This document shows positions 12,608-25,357 of a DNA stretch of 64,000 nucleotides, piece by piece (position 1 is the first letter of the stretch; each line of letters begins with the position of its first letter). This DNA comes from Eutreptiella sp. 'Long Island Sound 2002'. Taxonomy: Eukaryota > Protista > Euglenida. A program made the translations under genes and the position numbers. The notes under the pieces were generated by a model, which ran no database searches, was not told the DNA's origin, and worked only from the letters and a program-made list of their open reading frames with translations. The stretch is from positions 193,998,001 to 194,062,000 of the forward strand of contig OZ038378.1 in the NCBI GenBank assembly GCA_964036045.1. Reading direction: 5' to 3'.

Positions 12608-14713
12608 AATTTAAAACTCCATAATCTAAAACACCGGAGGTTTTCAGGGAGTTCTAGATTAGGCCATCATTAATATGGCCAGGCTGAGAACATGATTTTG
12701 TCCCCTATGCTGAATGTTCGGAGCCCTCACAACCAGCCCACTGTCCTGTGTGAAGCAAGCACTTGTGTTCCAATTATCTGGCCAATCACACGATCCAATG
12801 TGATTAAAACCTGTGTTTATCAACATGGTACTGGGTCATCAATTTTGATTCTATGGTGTGATTTTCTTGCACCTTTTGCCAGGTAAAGACTCAAACAAGG
12901 GCCAAAGAATGTGTCAACAGCGTGATTCAAAATGCGCCATAATTTAAAATGCCGGGGACACCGTTCCAAAATTTGACCATTTTTTCTTAGGGCCAGAATA
13001 GTATTACGATGGCCAGCCAATATTTAGTTTTGGCACCTCCAGCACTGGGGGCAGGGGGGGGGGTGCCGTGCACTGTGCACGCACTGTGTGAAAAGTAGGC
13101 TATTTTGTGGAAGGTCACTGTCGCAGTGGATAATTTGGTTAACCATTGTGTGGGTATGCCTGGTGTTACACAGTACCGGTGCCAATGTTAAGATATGGGA
13201 CAAAATGTCTCTTATCGTCATAGTTGCTTGGGATGCAGAGGTGTTGCAGGTTTTGCTGGACCTCTTCAACATGTGGAGGGCACAGTAGCACGGAACTTGT
13301 GTATGAACTTTCATCTGAGCTAGCCATTTCGAAAAGCAAGCCATTCCACGGGCCACGAAGCCCCCCGGCGCTAATTTACTTGGAGGTAGAGACACGGCAC
13401 CAGCAGTGGCCCCTCGTGACCATGGCACAGATTCAGTGGTGTGGCCAGGTGATGGAATTCAACAATGCGCTTGCACAGTTGTGTGCTGGCCCTACACAGG
13501 CATGTGCTACCCTCCCAAGGGTAGCCCGGTTCGCTGTTTGCATAGGTTCCACATTAATTGCATCAACCCAACACCAAATCATTCCCCTGTGCTGTGCATA
13601 TCAGCGTTCAGAGTGCGGCTCCATGCCCAGAGAAGCCCTCAACCTCCTCTCTTGATCTGGGTCTGATACGATGGTGACGTGCAGCACAAGCACTATGTCT
13701 GTCGTCTCTATGGTCACAACGTGATCTGTGGTGGCCGAGGCAAGTATGATGGCCGCAACACGTACAATGCGTAGCTTCTGGCTTCTGTCCTGTTTGTTGA
13801 TGACTTGGGGAAGCCCAAGGGCAAGGTTTACAGGTGCTAGGGCTGGGGGTTGGAGGGTGACTGGGTGCATAGGGATCCGGTACCTGCTTGTAAGGAGTCC
13901 TGGTGCTGGCCCGCGCACTCATTTTTGGCAACTGTGCTAGATCTGGCCCCCAAGAGAAGCCCCAAAGCAGACTAGAAACTTGCCACCCTGTCAGCTAAAT
14001 CAACCCTAAAATCATCTCTGCAGAGCACATACAGCTGCAGACACAGCAGAACATGAAATCTACCAATTCAACACACACGCAAAAAATGTGCTCATACACG
14101 CTGGTGGCTTCATAACCCTTGCCTTATCAGGTTCCCCAAAATGGGGAGGAGATAAATCCCCTGCCGCATTGGGCCCCACTAGTGAGAAGGACTCAAATGG
14201 CTGCAAACTCCTGCCGCACTGGGTCCCAGTAGTGGGAGCAGTTGGATAGCCCCTTGGATGGGACCAGGTAATGGTAGATGGACTGCTCTTGGCGTTGACT
14301 CTTTCAGTGATTGGATGCACTTGATATTAAAATAGTGGCCCCTGATTGTTGACTGGCTGTGGTTAGTGGTCAACTGACAGTAGATGATGATGATTCTGGC
14401 AGCCGATGGGGAGCTTGCAATGCTTACACAGATCAATCAGTGGTTGATGGCTCTGTCCCATCACAAGGAACTTATGTTCGTGTCATCAGGTTTGCCATCA
14501 ACCGCCGTTTTAAGCATCAGTTTCATGCTATTTCCCCTGGCCCGGGCCGCACTTATGCCAGGGGCAATAAAACACTTCTCAAACTGCGAGGTCCAAACTG
14601 CTTTGCAGCAAACAAAATTCTTGTCCAGGCTCTGCTGCCAAGGCCGAAGAGCCCCAGAGGTAGGTGCACTGCAAGCTGTGGCAGCACATGTGATAGCCAA
14701 ATGCCGGGCAGCC

Positions 14714-15520
14714 TCACTCGACATGAGGCTTTTGCTTGACCCCTAGAACATAGGTTGCAAAAGCGTAAATGAGTGGGAGCTCGAACCCAAGGTAATAAAG
14801 GCAGCCTAGAATCATTGGAAGAATGGAAAACGATGCCGGCCATGTAGCAGCAGGCAGTGGCCAGGAAGTGCGCAAGCCACCCATGGGACAGAGCACGTAA
14901 TGCAGGTTGAAGCCTGTCAGGAGGCTCAGGGGGATCCACAAAACGTAGTGCACGATGGCCCAGGCAGGAACTACCCCCAACAAAGAGTACCTGATGGGGT
15001 TGTATGGGATTTGGTATGGCCGACCCAGGAATTGGAACTTGAATAGGAACACATAGTGGAACACCACATAAACCATGACGTGCTGGATGTAAAAGATCTC
15101 ATCGTACCAAGGGGGCTTGTACGCCCCCCACGTTGCGGGGTCCCGGAAGATGATGCCCATTGCACCACCACCTGCCAGCGGGATGCACCATGCTGAGAAT
15201 AGATACCACAGGTAGCGGTTGTCCTGCCACCTGCTGACCATGAGGGTGTTAACGATCAATCCCAAGTGGCACGGCAGCGTCAGCGTGGGAAGGTTCTCCA
15301 TGTGATACCGCGTGTACAGCAGGTACCCTATGATCGCACATTGAGTATAGAACAGAACGTTATCCGTGATGACATAACGCCTCAGGCGTGCAGGCCATGG
15401 GTACGCCTTTTTGATGTAAGTGAATCCTCCACAGCACAAAAGTACCAAGGACACAATGGGGCCGATCAGCGCATAATACAAATGCACAGACACTGGATTG
15501 AAAGCATAGCATTCATCCAT
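14714..15520 (-). CDS. TMEM164-family multi-pass membrane protein, intronless, 268 aa
   Basis: About 6-7 hydrophobic helices with family-like motifs TLPCHL, FYIQHVMV and NLHYVLCP, recognised from memory and not by HMM. Start set at MDEC (15520), downstream of a CCTCTGCTCCATCCTTAG acceptor-like site. Confidence 0.8.
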   Translation of the reverse strand: MDECYAFNPVSVHLYYALIGPIVSLVLLCCGGFTYIKKAYPWPARLRRYVITDNVLFYTQCAIIGYLLYTRYHMENLPTLTLPCHLGLIVNTLMVSRWQDNRYLWYLFSAWCIPLAGGGAMGIIFRDPATWGAYKPPWYDEIFYIQHVMVYVVFHYVFLFKFQFLGRPYQIPYNPIRYSLLGVVPAWAIVHYVLWIPLSLLTGFNLHYVLCPMGGLRTSWPLPAATWPASFSILPMILGCLYYLGFELPLIYAFATYVLGVKQKPHVE

Positions 15521-18500
15521 AAAAACATGCAACACTAAGGATGGAGCAGAGGTCGTTTTGTGAGACAGCCCATGGTATCTCCTGCCCCTTGTGCAAACAA
15601 CCGCAAACACACCAAAAAGTGCGTTGTTGTCTTAATATGGCCTTGTTCATGCTCGATCGTATGCCGCACCTGCTGAGAAGCTGGTCCTCAAAACTGGACC
15701 AGTGCAGCAGACCACAGACCTTCAGACAGCCCAAATGTACAGCAAAATCCCATTCCTGATTGCCAAACCACAGCATATGCGATGCACTAGAGGAGCTGCA
15801 TCATGGCCCTCCTCCTGTGGCCCTGAATTCGAGAAGATCATAATTCAGAACAGATTCATACCCTTGTCTTGACCATCACTGAGTGACATGACTCTCAGTG
15901 CCACAAACAAAGACATGGCAGCCACGTGCCACATCAAGTCATGTCATAAGACACATACCCCCTCTTCTGTACACTTCCATGTATGGTGGTACCGCCTTGC
16001 TGGGGTGCGCTTAGCAAACTACGTTTGCACAACTCTTCGAGACTTTAGTCCCAGACTCCCCCTTTTCAAGAGAAACCTTAAAGCAGACCAGAAAATTGCC
16101 ACCCTACCGTAGCGTAACCAACCCAAAACCATCCTTGAACGCACACAACACGACACCAAATCTGCCAAAAGCTGCAAACTGCAAAAGAAATGTTATATCA
16201 AAAATGGTCCACACATGGACCTCTCATGGAGGGGAAACATGTTCCTGTGGTCCATAAGAGTGGTAATGGATCTGTCGCCCTAGGTCTCCAAAGCAGGGAG
16301 AACTCAAATGGCCACATAACCCCAAGCGTTGTGGGGTCCCCAAAGTGGGTGTCACATGCATAACCGAGTCTGAAGGCGCAGGGGTGGGGGAGGGCGCTAA
16401 CAAGGCACACGGGGCCATGATATCAGGGTTTCAAATATGGTCGTCCCCGCCAACCGGGTGAGGTGTCAGCTGCCCCAGGAGTATTTTTTCATGCCCCCCC
16501 CAGTCTGTAATTCTCCACTTCTGAGGCCAGTCCCTTCTTATAAAGGAGCGGTACTTTGGCCCCCAGCCATCTCACCGGCATCGTCCCATCTTTCCACGCT
16601 GACACAATCCCCAAATACAGCACCCATAAAACCGCATGCAGGAGCAACATCCATAGCCACTCTTACCCATGGGCCTTCATATGGTTGTGGTCAGCTCGCT
16701 GGCCGGACACAGGACTGGGGAGACGTGCAAATTGATAAGCTTCTTCTCTTCTGCTTCATTCCAGGGTGGGTTGCCGCTAAATTTTGGGAGAACCTTCTTG
16801 GACTGTGGGGGTGGTTTGGCGGGTACTGGTGGGTGCTTTGGCGTTCTGGACCTCGGAGTCTACATCTAAGTTGTCAGCACACAGTAGAAGTATCCGATTC
16901 CCTGCGCCACCATTTCGCGAAACCAAAGCAGTGCTTTTTCTCGCCTTTGCTTCACCTTCCTCCCCTGATATGGAAAGAGCCTTTCGGTATTTGTCTTTTC
17001 CCGGGTTGTTCTTGATGTCCGCCCTCAGTTGCTCCTCGTCCTACAGGGGGGTTTTCGCGCCAAGTCAAGTCGCTGTGGGAAATTTCGCGGAGCCCCGTGG
17101 ATTTTGTGTGGTAAATTTTGCAGACATTCCCAGAAATGTTGAGGTGTGTAGGGCTTTGCGGGCTTGGTGAAGCTCAGCCACAGGTGCCACTCACAATGCA
17201 GGGGAGACCCATGTGCCACACTCTGCCAGTGATGAGGGTCGAATTGGTCTCAGGTCGTGACATGTGTTCAAACTTTGACGGTGGGATTCGACTTACACCC
17301 CTGGCAAGGGCAACCGTAACTCCCTGCAAAGGAGCTCTTGGGCCTTGCTCTTTTGTCGTTATGGGCATTAATTGATGTTGTACTTCACTTTGGGGTGCAG
17401 TTTTATGGACCAAAACTGTTCCATGAGGCAGGGGCTGAATGAAATGTGAGTGCAAACAATCCACAGGGCGTTGAAGCTGAGACAGTGGCACGGGTACAGG
17501 CACTCAAAACAGTCAACACTCATGACAAAAGTTCCTTTCACTTTGGGGGGTTGAGTGTATCACTCCCCGCCAGAGTCCACAGTGTGCACTGCTAGTGTGC
17601 AAGAAATTCGCAGAGAACCCTGAATTTCGCGTGGGAAATTTCGCGGTCAATTTGAAACGCGAACGTAAAGTGCCACGAAATCCCCCCCCGCATGTTGCCT
17701 TCTTCATTAAGATCCCAAAATGCAATCGCTGGTTGGGAACCACATCATCATTGATGACAAAAAAAAAAGAGGGAAGTCGGTGATATGCAAAATTTGAAAA
17801 CAGCTCAAAGAAGAGTACAATGAAATTACATTCAGGTATTTTGGCCCTGATTTTGTTTTGTACTCTGCACCTCGTAAGCCGCGGACAATGTGACCAGACC
17901 ATAGCCACAGACGAAGTACAACATCGGTTGTCCTGTGTGGGAGCGCACACAAACCCCTACAACAATTCTGTAGCCCTCTACAACATTTCAGAACCCTTCT
18001 TGGTGCACCGCGGGCACCTTCTGGACTACTTCACTTGGACAAAACCCCATTTTCCCCATGCATGAAAAGAGCCCCACCAGGGTCTCCAAAAAAGAGACTG
18101 CTCCTCCAAAGAGGACAGGAGCAACATCGCTGCATACAAGTTTCTCATAGGCGAGACACAGACAACATTGCATTTGGAATACCCATCCTCTGTGGTAGTT
18201 TCAAATAGTGTTGAAAAGGGCCTGAAAATAGGGTGCACTACCCTCGTTGCTGGGGGTCCGTCATGCTTTTAATTGCAGCACCGCGCACACCCCGCGTCTA
18301 GTGTTCCTCCTGACTACGTCTGGACCAGTTTGGTTTGGGCGGTGGGATGCATATTTGGATCTCAAAACCTGACATAAGTGTGTGCAGTGGGATGACTGTG
18401 ACACCCATGCGAACTTCCTTTTATTTTTTACTGTATTCTAGCCGTGATTTTTTTGTTCGGAAATGGTGCAAAGAGTGACTTGGTGCCTCTCAAATGTGCC

Positions 18501-18544
18501 ATGGGTGACCCAAGGGTGCATCGACTTTAAAATTCCGGACGTGG

Positions 18545-18900
18545 GTGCTGTTTCATCAATTTTCAAGGGGCTTGAAAAAAGGGGGGGGGTTAAAAACGCA
18601 CCTTAAAATTGGGTATCTCAAAGCATGGGTCTCCAATACGGCCAGATGCCCAAATAGTTGCACTGCGCACGCACTGCGCTTAAGGTGCCCCCCTTGGAAA
18701 AAGGGGGGGGGGGTATGCTTGAAAAAATTATCAAGGAAATTGCGGACAAAGGGGCTGTTTCATCAATTTTCAGGGGGTTTGAAGGGGGGGGGGGGTCAAC
18801 AAAACGCACCTTAAAATTGGGCACTTGGAAAAGGGGGGGGGGGTTATGTTTGAAAAAATTATCCACGAAATTGCAGGCAAAGGCAAAATGGTGGAATGCT
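18545..18900. repeat. Internally duplicated G-run repeat module
   Basis: GCTGTTTCATCAATTTTCA...AAAACGCACCTTAAAATTGGG occurs twice (about 18548 and 18753). TTGGAAAAGGGG...GAAAAAATTATC..GAAATTGC also occurs twice. Confidence 0.7.
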
Positions 18901-18976
18901 TTTACATCGGCAAGGACGCGGTGGCTTAAGGGGCCCACTTGAGGGGCGGGTCCCTTCACTCTAGGGCCAATTTGTT

Positions 18977-19040
18977 GCACTGCGTGCGCACTGCGTGTGC
19001 ACTGCGTGGGCACTGCGTGCGCACTGCGTGCATACTGCGC
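18977..19040. repeat. 11-bp minisatellite GCACTGCGTGN x5 plus a degenerate copy
   Basis: Directly visible tandem units starting at 18977, 18988, 18999, 19010 and 19021. Confidence 0.9.
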
Positions 19041-20310
19041 ACGCACAGGCCGGGATACTCACCCAAGAATACCTGTTACCTGACTGGTTGCAAAGCGAAG
19101 CAGCAAAGCCCACATGAGAACGACGAAACTGCCTTCAACTTGGTACTCCACTGTCCCTATGAACAAACCACTCAGCCTTGTAAAGTCCGCTTGCTTCGAG
19201 TGTTTCGGTGCCCGTGGCTTCGCTCTTGGAGGCGGCGATGACGTGTCCCTTGACTGGGAGCACGGGAATGCGTTGTCCGTGGTCTCTTAGGTGATGGGGA
19301 CCGCGAATAGGGTGAAGGGGAGGGCGGTGGTGATTCTGAGCGTGGACGCGACACACTTGTTGATGGCGAGCGAGATCAGTGATGTGGTGGGGATGAAGGC
19401 CGTACCACAAACTCCTCAAGGTCCGCGGGCTATGTATGGCTACATCACCCCTGCCTTCTCGGGGTCCCCATAGTGGGGAGAGTTCAATTTGGGGGATGGA
19501 AAATGGGTAAAAATGGTTGACATTGGGCAACAAAGGGTGACAATTCAAATGTGCCACATCCCAAATGCATAGGAAGCTAAAAAATCCCCAGTATGGAACC
19601 AAAAACTTGTCAAAAGGGGCCAAAAGTAGGGTCTGAGTATTGGCCGACATTCAAAACTTCGCACTGCGTGCATGGCATTCCCTAGGCCCTTACCCAAGAA
19701 AATTTGGGTTCCTCAAGTTGCCCACACCCCCTGCGGGAGGGGGGCCGTGACAATGACAATGGTCTTTCATGAGGATGTGGCACAGTGGAAAAATTATGCA
19801 CATAAGAAATGGGGAACTACCTGGGCAACAACAACTGACTAGTTGAACTCTTAGACATAGTATGCACTATGTCGCACATGTGTGGGACCTCTACTGATCA
19901 AATATAGGGGTCGGAACCTAGGCAGTTTTGAAGGGGGGGCAGGGGTTGAAAAATGGCAAATGACCAAAAAACACCAAAAGCAGCCCTTGGAACCCCCCCC
20001 CTTTGGCAAAACTAGTACTATGTCCAAAAGAAGTCGAGAGTCGATGCGCCCCGGGGCCAACCCAGGTGGGGCTAGATGTTGCAAAACATGTCCCTCCGCA
20101 TCCTGGCACGGTGGGCCAGTCACAAGATCCCCAAACCTAGCTCTCCAAAGGGGCAAGACGCCTTCATGCAAGCAAAACACTGTGGAATTACATGAAGTGT
20201 GGAAAGCATGCATCTATGCACCTGGCGGTCTGCATCAAAGAGTGTAAGTGTCCCTTCATCATGCCATTTGAATAAGCCCGCACTCCCTCCGTCCCACCCC
20301 ATCACCCAGC

Positions 20311-20345
20311 CTCCCTCCCTCCCTCCCTCCCTCCCTCCCTCCCTC
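20311..20345. repeat. (CCCT)n microsatellite
   Basis: Direct reading of the sequence. Confidence 0.9.
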
Positions 20346-20731
20346 ACACCATCCCTGCCCCCCTCGCTGCTCCCTCTCTTGCTCCCTCTCTTGCCCCCTC
20401 ATCCCATGGCCTCTTTGGCCCCTTAGAGACGCACAATCTGCTGTAGCAACACTACAGAAAAGACCACGCACAACATTGTTCTTGTTCTTGTACCATGGAC
20501 TCAAAACAATGGAATCATCTTGCATAATGCTGCGCAATCTGTGGGGTCTTCACTTTGACACCAATGCCCTTGCACCGTCCATGGTAGACATTTGTTCGAG
20601 TGTAAGGCTCTGTGTCGCTAATGCTTGTCCAGGGGTGAAGTTTCAGCATCACACGCACAACTGGGGGCTAAATGACCAACCTCTGCTCAAGTCAGTGCCA
20701 CAGCATCCCAAGCACTGCCTACACCCTTCCA

Positions 20732-21045
20732 CAGGGCTGTCCTTACTAAAATAAAAAAAAACCAATCTCGCTGATGTAGGCCACACAAATACGCGCACAC
20801 CGCCATTGGAGAAAGACAAGGCACTGAACACAGCAAAACAGTCAAATCATCCAGTAATACATCCATCTGAAGTGTGTGACTGGTAACGAGAAGCCATCTG
20901 AACATCCGACCTGCAGTCCGTGCTTAATGAACAAAAATTTGGCCATCAACTGCCGGCGCTAGGCGATTGGCAGCCAAGGGGGCTGTTCTTAAGGACTATG
21001 CTTCGTGAAAATAAAAAAAAATATTGTTGTTAGAGGACAGCTCTG
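20732..21045. mobile_element. hAT-like MITE, 314 bp
   Basis: TIR CAGGGCTGTCCT / AGGACAGCTCTG (1 mismatch). Perfect 8-bp TSD CCCTTCCA at 20724-20731 and 21046-21053. Confidence 0.92.
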
Positions 21046-22717
21046 CCCTTCCATTGCAATGCACGTGTGGGGCTAAGCGACTACGACAACAACGCAGCCG
21101 CACACCTTTTTTTCGTGTTCCCTCACAAGATCGCAAGAGGGTGCCAAGCGTGACAGACACCCAACTTGCGCACGCGGGCGCCTAGCCCAGAAAATATGTT
21201 GTAGTATCACTGCCGTTGGCTTGGTGCAGTCAGGGTGCGCTCTAATTGAAGAAAAGGGAGGGGGGGTGACCATACGGTCAGTCATATTTGGGCACGAACC
21301 AACAGTGCTTGGGCAGTGGCCAATGGCCGCTGGAGGGTAAGCAAAGGCGTTTGGATGGGAATGGACACGGTAAAAGACAGACCAAGTGACCACCGCTACC
21401 ATGTGCACTGCCTGTGCCCTCGCACCGCCAGAGGTGTGGGGGGGGATACAGCCACGACAATCCTGGGTGCAGTATGCACAAGGATGCCCTGCAACAGCCC
21501 AAACAGGGGGGCACCACAAAATGATAAAACAAAATGCACGGGATTCGCATGCACCACACCTGTTTGCCAGTAAATTCTTACAGTGCTGGCGCCCTCAAAA
21601 AATGGGCAAAAAAATGAAAAGAGGGCAAACAGCTACGCCCATGACCCCCGTAACGGGGGCCTGCACACCTGCCAAGTGGGGGAAATGCAGAACAGATACG
21701 CGCAGTGCGCACATCACCACACCTGTGGGACACCTCTTTCTTTTTTTTGGTTCAGACCTGGGTAAACTGGCAGAGCCCTCTTACGAGATGGTACTCAAGA
21801 GAATTCTCGGAATCAGGAATCAGAGCAGTCCAGTGCTACGGTTGTCCCACAGCGCAGTGTGGTAGTGGACATGACACGTAGGTAGGATGAGCTAAATCTG
21901 AAACCAGAAGATGCAGCGGGAACTGCCACGCCCGTAGGCATCCTATGGGACACCTGTGCATAGTGCACCCTGTGCACGACACGCCGCAGCCCTGCATCCC
22001 GATATAGGGGGAGCCCTTGCACTGCACGCGGACTGCGCGCTACTTTTACACTAGGTTCCCCCCGAAGAGACCCCAGGCCCACCCCTTCCAAAGGCCCCTA
22101 AATTCAGGTCACCCGAACTACCGCACTTGAAGAGGCCTGATCTTATTGCTGGAGTATCACAGTTTAGGTCCAGTTCCAGGGGCTTTGAACCCCCCCGCAA
22201 AATTCCACAACATGTAAAACAGAGTGGGCTCTCCACAATTCCGCAGAAAAGCAGGTGCACTCGGTGCGCTCCCAGAACAAAACCCAAGGCTACGCTCGCG
22301 AAGAAAAGCAGTGAAATCGTTGCCCAACGAACCAAAAGCCTCTCACCGGCCAACGCTTCAACGCACAGACTTGGCTGGTTCTGTGAGAAGGCGAATGGTC
22401 GCACATGGCGGCCAGGCCAGTTACAGGCCGAATATATGATTTGGGATGAGGTTGTGGGACGGGAAACTCCGGCCCTCAAAAGCAACAAACAGCATACCAC
22501 GCGGTGGTGGCCTGCAGCGGCTGAGGGCTGCTGCAGAGACGGGGGAGACGAGGGGGGGCTTCCATAGAAGCTGGGTGCTGTGCTGTGTGTTTTGTGTGAC
22601 CTGCATGTTGCTCGAGGCCAATCGTGTCTGTTGAACTTCACCGTCATGGCAATGACGGTTGCGCGTGAAGCCTGTCAGCGCCAGCAGGGGAGTTTATTCC
22701 GGGGGGGGGGGGGGATG

Positions 22718-23014
22718 CAGGGATGTATTAGGAGAGAGGAGGAGAAAAGGGGGGGGGGGTGTACCAAAAATGGCCCGAGAAGATTTCCCCAATGGTAAGT
22801 TTCGTTTTTTTTTCAAGTGGGCCAATATGAATGAGCCAGGGCGAAGCGGGCATACCACGCCCTACTCACCTCACAACAACAGGACCAAATACGATATAAC
22901 TCCCAACGGCAAATTTCGTTTTTTCCACTATGGTCCCTTTGGTCTGGGGGCAATGGATCCAGGGGGGTATCCCCCCCTCCTCCTGCGGTGTACGGCCATT
23001 CTAATACCTCCCGA
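22718..23014. mobile_element. Decayed hAT-like MITE (CAGGGATGTATTAG family) with an internal insertion
   Basis: Starts CAGGGATGTATTAG and ends TTCTAATACCTCCCGA. Flanks GGGGGATG / GGGGGCTA (degenerate TSD). The core GTGTACCAAAAATGGCC...CCACTATGGTC is shared with 30860-31066. Confidence 0.7.
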
Positions 23015-25357
23015 GGGGGCTATCCGCCCTTGTGAGAAATGCGACCAACACTCCACTCTGACCAGTGCAACAGCACTGCCCCCCGCCCCCCCCACCCCCA
23101 CAGTCGCCCTGCGTCGGAGGTGGGAGGTGTCCCCCAGGGCCAAGGGGGGCCGTATCCCCAAGCGGGACTCGTCAGTGGCACACTGCACCTCCAGACCGAG
23201 GAAGGCGGGAGGAGGGCGATGGAGTCGTGGGGAGCTGGGTCGAGCCGGGTCAGCATTCACTTCTTTCCACGGACCCCTCAGGATAGCCCCAAGCGGACCC
23301 ACATCTATCGATGATGAGGCAACAGACTGCTGACTTCCGTGCCGCGGTCACCGAGTCGCCCACTGCAACCGCCGTCTGCAGAAAACCAACGGGCTCCTGT
23401 TTTGGGATACTGTGCCCCCCCCCCCCCCACCACCACCCAACCACCTCCCATCCACCCGCCCGTCCACACCTCCAGTGCGAGGGCCCCCTGGAGGGTGCCA
23501 GACGCAACAAGGCAATGTGCCGCGCTTTCCTCAGGTGCCGACCTCTGCGAGTGGGGTCAAGGGCACACTCGGATGCTGCCAAATGCAGTGGGTATGGGTC
23601 AAGAAGGTCGGCCAACGGCACACTCAACCGGTCACGTGCATTGCCTCAGCCCCCCCCCCCCCCCCTCCGTGTCCAAGCCACACCGGGCTTTGTGCACGTG
23701 CACGGTGAGCAACATGTGCACTTTGGACGGTGCCTTGTTCGCAGCGGTGAGTAGTCTCTACCAGACTTGCCACTAGCGTCTGACAGCCCAGACATGATCA
23801 GGCGCATCACGGAGCCACACACTGGATGCAGCACGTTCCTACTGAGTGGTGGCGCAGGGGGCGGGTACTACTGATACAAGACAGCGAGCTGCTGAGAACC
23901 GGTTTCCCTGCCAGACGCTAATAGCATGTCTGGTCTCTATTTGAGACGGTCGGGGAGGGTCAAGGTCAAGAAAAGCGGGATTCTGAATTCCGACGCAACA
24001 CTTGTTTGGGCTTCACCACGAAACGCAATGGGGAGGCATCGACATGGCCACAAAGCCCCGGCTGTCTCGGGGTCCGCATAATCGTGACACGGCGGCCACT
24101 TGCTGTGAATTGGGTTGCCGCTGTTGTCTGTGGCTCATGTCCCGGCAAAAACTTGCGGACAGACAGGTGCATGTGCAACTGCAGCCAGAAGGAATGGGGG
24201 AGACAGGGCAAGGGCCGTCGCTGAGAGGTGACGTTTAGTGGAGGGCTGTGCAGGATTTCCATCGACATGTCGGGTTGTTGGGGAGTGCATCAGCCGGGGG
24301 CCCCATCGACATGGAGGAATGAGCCGTTGAGTGTGACTGGACCCGAACGCAGTGAATTGTAGGGGCTGGGACAGGGCAATGCATTTCGTGGGCACCATTT
24401 CATGGAGCCCAACAAACATGGATGGTCTCCCCAATATATGATGAAAAGCAGATACGATGTGCAAGTGCAAGGCGTTAACTTTGCAAGTGCAATGACGTGA
24501 AATTCACAAGCACTGTGATGGGTCATATATTTCAATAAGATACTAGCTTGACAGGTCAGCCGCATACAAACATCGGTAGATTTCATACCCCAAAACTTCT
24601 CCCCCCCACATGTTGGTTCTCACAACTTACCAAAGCGGATGCCCCCTTGCTTCGGGCACAACGCGCAATTGTGTGCTCTACAGTCGGAACGGCCGACAAT
24701 GCTCAGCAGAAGCGAAACTGCCCGATTGCGGCTCACATATCATTTCATAGTCCCGAAAAGAGCCACTCACCAACATCAATTTGTTCTTGGAAGGCTGCTG
24801 GGGCTACCTCCCCATGGCTTGGGGTCCAACCTCGCTGCTGAGAGAAGCAGAGGCAACAGACAACCCTCAATTCTGGCACACAACGGAGGGCACAACGCAA
24901 GTATCAACCAGAACGGACAATCAGTGCTAACCCCCCCCCCCACCCACTTGTAACCCCCCCCCCCCCCCCCACTGATAAACCCCTCCCCACTTACTACCCC
25001 CACCCCGCCCCCCCAAGAGATCCATGCCACCCAGGGACTTACAACCCTCCATGTTTAGCACACAGGACACGGCACACAGAACAGGAAATGCCACCCGGAT
25101 CATGGATTGCCAATAAGCGAGCTCCTCATCTGAAAATTCCACCACCTCCTCATCATCGTCAGGAGCTACAGCACCGTCAAGGACGCAGATGGATCCAAAT
25201 CAATTTCCATTACAAAAAGATGAATGACGTCTGAAGGTGCGAATGCATCCGGAGCGCCTACTACCCCCCCAACCACCACCTATTAACCCCCTGCACCTTC
25301 AACCAAATCATAATGCTGCTGCAACCGGGGGCTTATAGGTGGGGGGTGGGGGTTATG

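Larger units (their letters stand above)
5940..12700 (-). mobile_element. Near full-length, degenerate non-LTR retrotransposon (L1/Tx1-like) with ORF1 and APE-RT-CCHC-RNase H ORF2
   Basis: Ordered motif fragments on the minus strand: LKVATFNC and IHIMAL*EPH (APE N-term), GRGGGAALLF, RIDHILIP and SDHKAL (APE C-term), GVDGIP, YRPLVL, GVRQGCPLSPTLF, YADDLL, YKYLGV (RT), LPQGEGGFSLP, ETVAHCVTDC (zinc finger), VFSDGS, TNNAPELYAALQAL, CTDSAYV, HVPSH, GNEEAD (RNase H). Outer limits are approximate; no TSD found. Confidence 0.93.

Noticed and set aside
17820-18065. ORF starting with a signal-peptide-like sequence (MKLHSGILALILF)
   Set aside because: The hydrophobic start overlaps a repeat end (...GGCCCTG), the frame hits a stop at 81 aa, and there is no splice or homology support. 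The downstream part could still be a decayed gene.
20476-21075. MITE 20732-21045 as a spliced non-conventional intron restoring an ORF
   Set aside because: The TSD lacks Y|R at position 5|6 on either strand, and the rejoined frame stops after a few codons.
21000-24000. Plus-strand multi-exon gene (ORF 22127-22567; donor-like sites near 23535, 23705, 23746)
   Set aside because: The pieces could not be joined into a phase-consistent model with a recognisable product.
24920-25030. Interstitial telomeric repeat
   Set aside because: Irregular C-runs without a repeated TAACCC hexamer.
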